Positions 38,701 through 50,700 of a DNA stretch of 64,000 bases are shown piece by piece. Position 1 is the first letter of the stretch. Each line of letters starts with the position of its first letter. Source of the DNA: an uncultured Planctomycetia bacterium (GTDB taxonomy: Bacteria; Omnitrophota; Gorgyraeia; Duberdicusellales; 4484-171); contig CAZPYY010000001.1 in NCBI GenBank assembly GCA_964590995.1, positions 762 through 64,761 of the forward strand. Direction: 5' to 3'. Made by a program: the position numbers and the translations under genes. Under the pieces are notes generated by a model. It was not told where the DNA came from. It worked only from the letters and a program-made list of their open reading frames with translations, and did no database searches.

Positions 38701-41700
38701 TTAAGCGGCGATGAAGAAGCGGCTTCGCGGACAAATACTTCCAAATAAGCATTTTCTGTCTCAAATGATGTCTCCTGAAGATTAACGGAAAATATTTCCT
38801 TGCCTACAACCCTGAAACCCTGAGATTCTAATAAATCAACGCTTTTGCGGAAGAAAGGCTTGACCACAATCAGGGTATCAGCTTTGATTTTCTTTGATAT
38901 CTGTTTAGAGTTTATTACTTCTAACAATTCTATTAACACCTCATGCTCTGGATTAACCAATAAAATATGGCTCAAGCTATGGCCGGGAATAAATTTTATT
39001 ATATTTGTATCTGTCCTGACAACCGCCAGGTTGTCCAGGTCGACTCTTTGCGCGGCAAGCAAACCCTTTTCCCACATCTGCGCCCACATTATATAAATAT
39101 AATCCAGCGAAAAATATGATTCGTAGATATCCGTGGCAATAACTCCTACATCAGGATTCCTTTCGGCAATAGTTTTTGCGGTTTTGGCTGTTCCACAGCC
39201 AATCTCTAGAATAATCCCCTTACCGCGAAATCCCTCAACAACAAAGTTAACTTTTGTAATATTCTGCCTACTGTTTTTCTTCTGCCTCAAATAACCTTGC
39301 AATCCCGCATATTCAGCGGAAATTGAATCAGTAAACTTTGTAGTGAGAGAATTAGGTTCTTTGCCCACCGGCGAACTGGCCTCAAAAAGCGCCTGGCCCC
39401 TTGAGGCGGTAGTTTTGTAGTCTGGAGTTATATCAGTGACGCAGGGATGAAAAGGCTGTTTAGGAGTTTGAGCTTCGGGTTTCCCTAAAAACATATAGCC
39501 TCTCAGCGCACTTTTCAACATAACTGTCTTAACTTGTGATAGTTCCTGCATTATTTCTGGTATGCACTCTTTGGCCGCATCTATCATAGTTGGAAAAATA
39601 TTACATATTATAAAGCCTCTTTCGGAAAGCAATCCTGCTAAATCAACAATATGGTTTGTAAATTTTCCTTCCCTCACTAAATGGTATAAGCCTAAATAAC
39701 TGTAAATAATATCTAATGTTATAGGACCGATAAATCTTTGAATGTTTTCTACTAGATTCTCGACTACGCCAACAATAAACAGAATATTATCGGGTATCTC
39801 TTTTTTTGCTATAGATAGGCTATATGTATCGCTGAAGGCAATAATAAAGACATTATTGATTCCTTTGTCGTTCAACCATTGGGCCAACTCTATTGGAGCT
39901 GTCAAATCTCCTGCCCCCCAATCTAGTACAAATACTGGTTTGGATGGCTTAGATTTAGCTATCTTAACTATCCAATCATCACGTAATGACCAACCGAGCA
40001 TATAGTTAGAAAAGTCATAATCTATAACTTGAAAAGGAGTGTCGAAGGCCCTCCACCCCCCCTCTTTCACCCACACCCATAGCTCACCACTGGAACTTAT
40101 GCGCACCCTTGGCGTCTTTTTCGCTGTTAAAAGCTTCTCTATCTCTTCCTGAGGCAAGTCTGGTTCAAACACGATACGCCTATTAGCCTTAAATCTAGCC
40201 CACGCTTCGTCTAAACTGAGAAGTGAAGACGAAGCACATTTTTCTGTCGCTATTGCCAGTTTAGCCGCCAAATGAAGTTTTTTAATGGCAGAAGACGCAC
40301 CTCGTTTACTCCTTTTTTTTGTCTCTCCATAATCCTGGTCGCCAGGACGTATTCGTAGCGCGCTCCATGTCGCCACATTTTCATTTTCACCGACTCTCAC
40401 GCAATTGGGCTCAATTTCAAAACCAGAGTGCTGGATAAACTCCTGATGCGCTTTAACAACTTCTTTCTCCTGCCATAAGTCAATTGCGTAATACTTATAA
40501 TGGCCGCCGGCAATAAATAACTGTATTTCGGGTATAAGCCTCAATAGATACATGCTGCTCATGTTGGTTACATCGTACTCATCTTCCCATTCGCCAATAT
40601 TTGAGAACACGGCAATCTTACGGCCCCTGCGGTTAATGATTTTAGCGCATGAGCCGAGAAAGTCCTTATCGGAAATATCGCCCAGATGAGACCGGTAGTC
40701 TTTTCCTTCCGCAAACCCATTGAGCCTCAGCTGTGTTCCAGCCTGTTTAAGTCTTTCCGGAAAGAGCTCTATGATATCGGCAAATTTCAATCCGAGCTTA
40801 AAGCCCGCAAGCGTCAAAATAGCGTCTCCTGCACCGACATCTATACCGTCATAACCATCCAAGCCTCGCTCCATCATATGAATAATCATAGCTGTCGTGT
40901 TTGCCGCGTATCCTTTCTGCGCTAAATCTTTTTGGCTGAGGCTGTTGACTAATATAACATTGGCGCTTAACTCTTTTTTTAGGATTTGGTCTAACCTTTC
41001 ATAACAATAACTATCCATAAAAAATAAATAAGCGATACGGATAACGATAATTTTTTGTTCTCCGCGAACCTCAATCAGGCCGTCTTCTCTATAAAACCTC
41101 TTCTCCCCATAAATATAGTAAGGCTGCCATTTACTAAACCCATCCCATCGCCGTAACACAAGATTTAGCTGTTCGGCAATTTTTTGGCTCAATTGTTCTG
41201 CGTAAGCCTCATCGAACCTTTCGGCTTCTTTATCTGCGGGCGAGCTGGAGAGAAGACTGCCCAGAGAAAACCCTCCTTTTAGACGCCCGAGCTCGCCACC
41301 ATCGTATCGGAATGGATAGAACTCTCCGGTTGTGCTACTCAATTTAACATTTCCACACCATTGTTCACCTCTTGCATGCCAAAGTAATGGTATATTTTCT
41401 TCTTCTAAGGCCGCCAATATAGCTTGTGCATTTTCTTCATTCGAAATCTCAATTTCCTCAATATGCTCCGGTGATACCTCAGGTTGCACCAATATTGCCC
41501 GCAAGATTTCTTTCTGTATAAACGGAAGGGGTGTCAGAATTCTTAAAACCTCCTGGATGCATCCTTGAGCAACGCTCGCAGGTGAGAGGAAAGTATATTG
41601 ATAGGTCTGGGAAGCTTTCAGATGAGCCAAGACAAAGACTTTTCTGTTGATATCAAAAAGAATGAGATAATTACAGTCTATTGCTCCCTCTGATTCTAAC

Positions 41701-44700
41701 TCTCTCTTGCTTCTGTCGCCTCGGACAAGGATTCCGAATTCATCGCGCCGTAATATTGCGGCGGGGCCTTTGGGGTCAATTAGACAATCAACTGAATTTC
41801 CTGAGATTCTTAATCGATATTTTACCGCAGTAATCTTTTTTACATCATCCACAGGCGAGCTGGAGAAAACTGAGTCATTGTTATACGCGGCAATTAATCC
41901 TCGAATTACATCTACCACATCTTCATCTTCTGAGGCCTTTGGCTCACCAAACAAGTCTACGAATATATCCAGACCAAATTCATCAACTATATCACTAAGA
42001 TTTAACTTAACTATGTCTATGATCTTTTCTCGATAGATATTTAATCCGAGATTGCTTGATTTCAATATATCCCGTAAAGACAAGAGCCGCTGAAGCACTT
42101 CTTTCTTAAAATCCTTCCTTCGTTTACTGAATAATTTTAAGAAAATATCCTCTATCTGATGAGAGGTCCGTTCTTTTCTTAAATAGTTTATGAGTAAACG
42201 TAACCCTGATACACTAGCAATATCGCGGGCAGTATCTAATTCCTTTTGTTTAAGTTCAGGGATCATTCTCCACAATTCCTGCTTCACCTTATTTATTCTG
42301 GTAAGAGCACGGCCGGGAGAGCGGCTAAGTCCATAAACCCATAAGTTGCGAATGCGCTGTTTTATCGAACTTTTATAGTAGTTATAGATTTCATAATCAT
42401 CATCCAATAAACTTAATTCATAATCGCTGAGTGGCCCCCAAAAAGAAGAAACATACCGCTTTTCTGACTTTCTAAACCAAAGGGCGAATTCCTCGTCTAA
42501 GTCGGATTCTAAAGAAGTACACCTGATGACCAAACCGTCTTTGATAATAATCCTTACTCTCTCATTAGGATGCCTGCGAAATCTCGCCCATGACCTTATT
42601 CTTGCTCGCCTTAAGCCATTGACTAAAGGTCTGGCACCGCCCAAACGAAGACTTCCGTTGCTGTCTAAAAAACCGTAGGTAGTAACATCTTTAAGTTTAG
42701 CGAATTTCTCCGGCCTTATTCTCCCCCTATAAACATCGATAACCCTCCCTGTTTTATTATCTATAATAGGGAAAAATTCAAACATTGAACAATCATTCAA
42801 AAAGAATATTCTCATAGGCATCCCATTATAGATTTCCAGCTCATACTCTGTATTGCAATAGCCTTTAAATTGAAACGGGCCCATTTTCTTTCCCAAACTT
42901 ACCCGCGCCCTGCTATTGGTTTTACCCCTTACTACTATATGCCCAAACTGCACTCTCTTTTTGTATCGAAGAGGGAGGTCTTCCTTATTTATATAAACCT
43001 GACCGGTCAATTTACCCTCAAAAGAATGAGCAAGAATCTGACGCCACATACCTTTTCTTATTTTTAGGTCCCTATCAGTCTCTGAGGCGATACCGCCTTT
43101 GCTTTCAGGCCTTAGTTGCTTCTGCATCGCAATTATTGTTTTATTCTCTGGGCCTCGAGCCTTAAAATCATCTACAGTGCAAATAGGACCGTTTCGTAAC
43201 TCATTTACATCCACAGGCGAGCTGGAGGAAACTGTATATCTCAACAACGTATCATAGCTCTGCAGTAACGCTGTTTTTGCCTTTTTTTCTACGTCCCCAT
43301 CCCATGCTCGGCAAGGCCTTAGGCTTTGGGCGATTTCATCGCAATAAAATGGCAATATATCTTGAGCGGATTTCAAGAATAACCCTCCAAAAGTAAATTG
43401 TCTGCCTGGGTCAAAATTCTTTATGCGCTGATTATCAATACCGTAATTGAACGCCTTTAATATATCGATGCTTATAAATCCTTGAGAAAGTATATCTCCG
43501 ATAGCCCCAATGAATTTCATAGCCAGGGGCTTTCTCTCGGCTAAGGGATAAGAGGTTAATTCGCTCTCTAATTCTGCAACTTTCTGCTGAATCACTATAT
43601 CAAAACCGGCTAAGCGTGTTAGTTGTGTATTTACCAAACGGTCTGCATACATACTCTGGGCATTGCGATAACTATTTCTTATTGGTCGGGCCCAATGCTT
43701 CTTTATCGGCTTCACAACGATTTTCTTACCTATATATACACGCGCTGTATGTTTAAACTTAGGATTATACAGGACACCGAATCCCAATTCTCTCATCCAG
43801 TCTGTAACATCTAAAATTGAAGCTTTCGTTGTATCTCTCTGAGTACTACATAGTTGTTTTATTAGTCTCATTTCTTCGCTGAGAAAACATTTTGCTACAG
43901 GCGAGGAGGAAGTTCTTTCCTCAACATCTTCTTTATTCTTATTGCTTTTATAGTCTTCTTTAATTAAATGGTCAAATAAAAGATTCAAGAAAGTCCATGC
44001 GCCCCAACCTAATACAATCTTTACTACGCCCCAATTGAAATTCATTACTATCTTTCCTGCGCCTACCATTAGAAAAGATGCTATTGCGGCAAAAACAGAA
44101 AAGAAACCATTAAATCCAAAAAAATCTTTAATAAAAATCTTTAATGGTACGCTAGCTTGAGTTTTTAACCTATTGCTTCTAGCAGTATCAGCAAGATATA
44201 AAGAAACGGCTATTGCGATGCAGCCTAATATTAAAGAATATCTCAGAATCTCGCCAGACAACACATTTCCCACAGGCGAGCTGGAGTGGACTCGATAAAA
44301 ACTGTTTTTAGGAAACACATAGTTATACATTCCCTGAATTCCGCCACTTAAGCGCTCAGAATATGGGAAACAATTAGGAAAACATTCTGCCATTGTGTCA
44401 GCAGCGTGAGTTGTTTCATCAATTATAAGATAACCTAATGGTTTCAGTAGTTCTTTGGCTTTATCTAGCCATTCTTTCGGCCTGCCAAAAATCCTTCTTC
44501 CACCTACAAAATCAATGAATGTCACAAGGTCGAAACTGTGTGGTTTTAAACCATATTGCTTGATATCAAAAACGCCTATTTCGCTATGGACGAACCTAAT
44601 CTTAAGGTCTAATATTAAGTCCTGTTTCTTTAAACTATTGGAAATAGCTATTGCGTACGCTTCAACGAGCTGAGTTTTGCCCTCATCTACATCTACGAAA

Positions 44701-47700
44701 GTAATATCCTTACCCACTAATGTCAGCAAATGGGGAAAGATCAATAATCCATCTCCGACTACCATAATCTTCTCGATACGAGGCTCCAAGGATGGATCTA
44801 AGATAAGAGAAACTAATTTTTTCGAATAGTATAAATCTTTTTCAAAACCTTCTTGATATTTTTTCATAAAGAATGTATATGCTTCTCCCAGAGTCATATT
44901 CCGTTGCATCGGAGAACTGGAAGAAATAATTCCATTAAGGACTTTGAGCGAGGAATTACTTTGAGCAAACCCGGCATAAGCAGAAAGGCCCCAGTGCCTG
45001 AACAACTCTTTTCGTCCCGGGCATTTATTCTTCACGCCCGCGCAGTCAAGGTCACAATTGAAACATTCAATAGGCTCCTTTGCTATCGGGCCCAACCCCT
45101 CAACAGTCTCATACCTGCGAAGCATAATTCCTTCTTTGGGTTTTATGCCGCGAATAGCTTGACCGTCAGGAAGGATAGAGTACTTAACGAACTTATCGAT
45201 ATCTTCATTCGAAAGTTTGTCACCAGCCTCTATACGGCCTGAAGGGTAAAATAGACCCTTTTCTCCCAACTGCCAAAATCTTCCGCAGTTCTTTATGGAT
45301 TTTTTCTCAAACTCTATTAAATAAAGCATCTTCTTTGACTCAAGGACTTCCAGTATATCCTGGCACAAATTGGTAGGATCACTAATGCGTCTAAATAAAA
45401 ATACTTTATATTTACTGGGAAGTAAATTCTCTTGTGCCAATTTAATAATATGCGCTATATGCTCAGCATATTTCTTAATCCCCAATCTGCGCATCCAGGC
45501 ATTCGGAGCAATGCTCAAAGTCAAGCTTACGACTACACCTCCTCTTTTTAGTGCTTTTATAAAGGCGCGCTCAGCCACAGAGCCGCGCTCAAATCCAGAG
45601 GTATGAACCTCGCCTACAGGAGACAGCTTCAAGATATTACTACTGTCTTTATCATAAACAAAGTCATAGTAGTCTCTGAAATAATCTCCCCTGAAAAGCT
45701 GAACAAAGTTAAAGCGGACACTGCTTTTCCTAAGAATAAACTCTAACTGCTCAAGCCATATCCAGGGAAAAGGGCTTACCCGAATAGTGGTTGCGCCGTC
45801 ACAATGGTCGCACTGGGTAGAACATCCCCAGGTAGCTATGGCAGGGGCTCCTTGGTTTCTGAATGAGAGTTTGTAGTCCTCTTTTCTTCTTCCCTCAAAT
45901 AAAGGAATAAACCAATCAGAGGCAGGCTCTATAAGTGCGTTAAGATTTGCGATTTGGGTTTCGATATCGGCTTTATTATGTTGCTTTTTTATTGATTTTA
46001 TGCGTCCTCTCCCTATTTTTGATAGTGGCACTTGATAATGCTCAATCATCTCTATCCTTGCCTTAATCGCCGCTTTAATAAAAGATAAATAATCAACAAA
46101 TTCCTGGGGATTCTCCTCCCTACGCAGGCCTCTTTGGATAGCAGCATTTGTGGCAGCGGCTTCCTTTATAAACTCCTGATATTCGAATATCTGTTTCTCC
46201 CAATCCAAATATAAATAAGAATAATTACCTCTCTGGCATTGTTTTAGTCTCCATCTTGCCATCTCTTCCAATGGCAAAGATTGTCGTACGGAACGTTTCC
46301 CGCCGTCTTGATCAACTACGCTTGATGAGGATGAAGAATCCTTATTTTTTTTGCGAGCGGGCCTATACCTAAAGGCCATGGATTCGTAAGTCGTATGCGG
46401 CTCTTGCTTCAAGGGCACAGAATCAACATCACTGAGACCAGATAACAAACTCTTGCTTTTGCCTGCTGGTTCTGTCTCTCGGGCAGGAAAATCCCTGTAC
46501 CCAAGTAATGCTAATATCTCACTCATATCATCGGGATGCAGATTCATCGTGCCGTTTGGAATATGCTCAGGAAAACTTACCTCTATCTTGCTGCCGTTCC
46601 TTCTTCTGATATCATCGGCAAAGAAATCAGCCAACAGATTAATAAGCTGCTGACGCGGAGCCTTCAAGTTTCCGTTAAGAGACATAAAATCAAGTTGAAA
46701 ACAATGGGAATGTTTTATGCGTATCCCGCCGCCGGGGATTTCTTCCAATAAAGGGTACATCGCGCGATAGACAACTTCCGTATAGAATTGCGAGATGTTT
46801 TCAATTTCGTCTAAAACGCCGAAAGCGCTTAACTCTTCTCTCTCTCCATCAAGAAGTTTCAGATAGATTTTTGTGCCCTCATTTTCCTTTATCTCTTTGG
46901 CAATATCACAAAGAAGTTCAAAGGGCCTTGTATGAAGGCGCCACTTAGCCTGAAAAATAATGGAGCTATAAACCGGACTGCTGCTTGTCTCTGAAGCAGC
47001 ATGTCCTGAAACAAAGCTATCGTCTAAAGAATATAATAATCCTGCTCCTGACTGCCAAAATGCGTCAAAACCATCAAGGCGCAAATCACAAAAAATGCCG
47101 CGCTTTCTTAGTTGACATAGCAACTCATGCGTTAAATAACCCCGGACAGTCAAAAGAGTACCGGCAGGGCTAATACAATCTGTGATGCGGCCGATAACCT
47201 CCGGTATATCTATCCTATTACTATTGATAATTGATGAATAATTAGTTAATACAAGGTGATTAAATTGTTTATTTTGCGGGAATGATATCTTATCAACAGA
47301 TGCCTGTCTAAAAGTTACCTTACCTCCTGACTCTCTAATCTCTTTTTGGAATATACAGCCAAGCATCATAAGCTCCTGCGATAGCCGTCCATCCTTATCG
47401 CTATCTACCACCGTAACCTGCATACCCATGAGAGCATCAGCCAAAAACAACATATTTCTTCTGTTAGCAAGATGCAGTGAATGATGATTGCATAGATTGT
47501 CTTCCTCTTTTTGAGCCATTATTTCAAAGAGTAATGCTGTTCGTTTGCGGATTATTGCGCGGTATCTACCCTCAATATAAACCGGCTGATCGGCGAGAAT
47601 AACATCTAATATGCTGTCGGCGTAATCATAAGGCTTATAAGAAATAATCGAACTTGATGATAAAACCGGACCTGAAGGCCTGAAGAAATGCCCTGATGTT

Positions 47701-50700
47701 CCGTCTGGCTCAAAGCCTAGCTGCCGGCCATACTCTATCCAGGCATCAAAAGCTCCCCTGGTCTTTCCGCGGTATTGGGGAATTATTAAGATATCATTAT
47801 TTTCACCGAAATTAGCAACAAATTCTGAGAATAAGATCCTACCTAACCGTTTATCACATAATTTCTTATCCCGCTCGATTGTATGAATAAATAGGTATTT
47901 TAAACCGAGCTCTTGTTCTTCATAAGCCAATAATATCGCCAGAGGCTCATAGGGGCTGCCGATATAATAAAGAATAACCGGTTTTCGTAGTAGAAACTTC
48001 CACCTGATGTGCTTCCGGTCATCATCTGTCATGACGAACTTTCTATCTCCGGTTTCTTCCCAGGCCCGCAATACAGCTATAACCTGATTCTTCTTTGTTA
48101 CGGTAACTATCGGTAAATGAGCACCGCTCTCATACAACTTTATCCCTGAAGAAGCGGTGTCTATACCAATCAGCTTTTTAATAAATTCATCAATAAATTC
48201 TTCATATTTTTCTTCGCCCAAATCATATTTTTCTAAAATCTCATGCATTCTTTCTTTCAATGATTCAATACGCCTAAAGTCTTCTGTGGAACCAGATAAG
48301 TCCAAGAATAAATCCCGATATTCTCTCTTTTCCCGATCAGCCAATTGCTCCCAGAGCTCATCAAGTATGGATAATACCTTATTCTTCTTGCCGTCTACGG
48401 AAGGAATATTATTGAATACGTTGATATAGCCTAAAGCGCGCCGCACAATATCATCCATGCCAGCATCTTTGCCTAAGCTATTTTTCGCTGCCTCAAACAT
48501 AATCCCGGCATAAAAATCTCCCTTAAGATGAAGCTTTCCGATAGGCTCAAATTTAAAACCGTACTGCACTTCTATCTCTAACAGAGCCTGTTCGAATATA
48601 CCATTATCTTGTTCAACTGTTATATATTCAGCGGCGGAAGATTTAGCGCTCCTGACCTGCTCTTTACCCAGATTAAACATTTCATACTTGAAGTTAGCTG
48701 CAGTCTCTCCCCAGACGGCTGATAAATCGCTGTTGCGAAATGCATCAAGACCCCAGCGCTTAGTTAACATCAGGGTAAATACGGCTTCGGAGATATATAC
48801 AAAGGCGTCGTCCGCTATCGTTACAATTTTATGTTGTGGTAATATATTGAAAATATATTGCGAAACCAAAGCGGATATTATAGCCGGGTTAAGCCGGCGG
48901 CTGAGGAATAAAACAACCAAGCCCCCTCGGTCACTTAAAACGCCTAATAGTTCTCCGGCTAAAGAAGACAAAACCAGGTCTCTTCTGTCAAAATCATCTA
49001 AAACGCTGCCTAAGGTATAAGGTTTAACTATAATTTGACTTGCCAGTAGTTCTCTTTCGTTTACTGATAGGTTTTTTCCAAAAACGTCAAGTACAAACAC
49101 AGAATCTTCTAAAATATACGTTTTCTGCTGAGAGCTGAATTCCTTATCTACAGCAAAATAGATACAGTTTAATGTGTAAGAATCAATCTTTTGTTTTCCA
49201 GCAATTTCAGGAAATCTTTCCAGGTCATAAATAATTGCTTCCGCTATCTGCCCGCTATGTAGATATAGTGTATGAAACTCATCCGGTTCAAGATCGCCAG
49301 CGCCAAACAACAATTTACCGAATGAATCAATGAATTCTTCGAGGTTAAAAGATACACGCTTAGTTGCTGTCTCAATATCGATATTTCCGTTAATAATTAA
49401 GCCTTTGCTGTTTCGGTAGTCATTACCACCTTTGATGGACGACGAAGATTGGCAATGGTTTTCGTCTTTCTTCTTGAAAGTGATATTTCGTGACCTGGTC
49501 TCTCCGGCTATATTCTTATAAATAACTCTGAAAATCTGCTTGGGGAGATTCATAATCTCTTCATGAAGAATACGATAACGCTCGGTATTTTCATAAATCA
49601 TTATATGTCTCTTAAATTCATCATTATCCTTAAACAATTCAAGATAATGTTTTTGAGTCTCACCGTAGCGCTTCTTAAACCAGTTCGCCAGATGCCTTTT
49701 GCCGCCTTTTCCGTCCGGCATCCAGTGTTTTGGCCTGCCTAAATCATCAGTAGTCAATACGTGGAGCTCATTTTTACTCCTGGCGCATTTCATTAAGTAT
49801 TTACCTTCCCGGGTATTATCACCGGCATATTCGATTTCGATTCTATTTTTTGTTATAAAAAGCATAATTCCAAAGATATCCTGGATGAATTGGGCAATAT
49901 CTTCTCTTAACTTATGAGGGACACATTGCCTAAAATAATACTGTTTAGGGGTAAAAGTTATAAGGTGAAGTAAGTATCGCTTTGCGCCGCGAATATCATT
50001 GTCGCTAATGAATTGATTGACTGTCAGGGATCTTTGGAGGGCTCCTAAGCTGTCATAATCAGGCCTAAACTCAAGGAGGGCTTCCACAAATTCAATCACT
50101 TGGGGATAAGGAAGCTGAAGTTTAATCTTCACCAGTAGCGGAGGCACTCTCACTCTACGGATATAGTAAATATCATGGTATTTAATGATTTTCTCGGTCA
50201 ATTTTAATTTCTTATTCTTAAGCAACCATTCTCCAAACCCACTATCAGCATCAAGCATAGCATAATCTCTGCTGCTAAGAGTAACTCTTGGTTTCTTGGG
50301 TGAAATCTTCCTTCTGTGATCATCTAACTTTTTAGCGGCAATACGCTCAATGCTGCCCCGTTGACCCTTTAGGGTATTGAGCCTCTCACCCAAGGCTTTT
50401 CTAACTGACTGCGATCTTTTAACAACATTTAAATTCCCCTGTTTGAGAAGTTCTTTAATCTCTTTTAATCCGGGAATTACCCTCTTTACCTTTGTGTCAT
50501 CAGTTTGCCTGCCTTGCGCTGTGGTGATAATTATTGACTTGCCAATCTTAGGCCTGGCAATTATACTGTCTATAAGATCTATAACAGCTGATATTTCTTT
50601 ATCAACCTCGCCAAAGAACAATTGTATCTGCTGGCGGGGACGAGACTTTTTTAACTGGCGTATTCTTTCAATGATATCGTCCATGTCCTTTATACATTCA

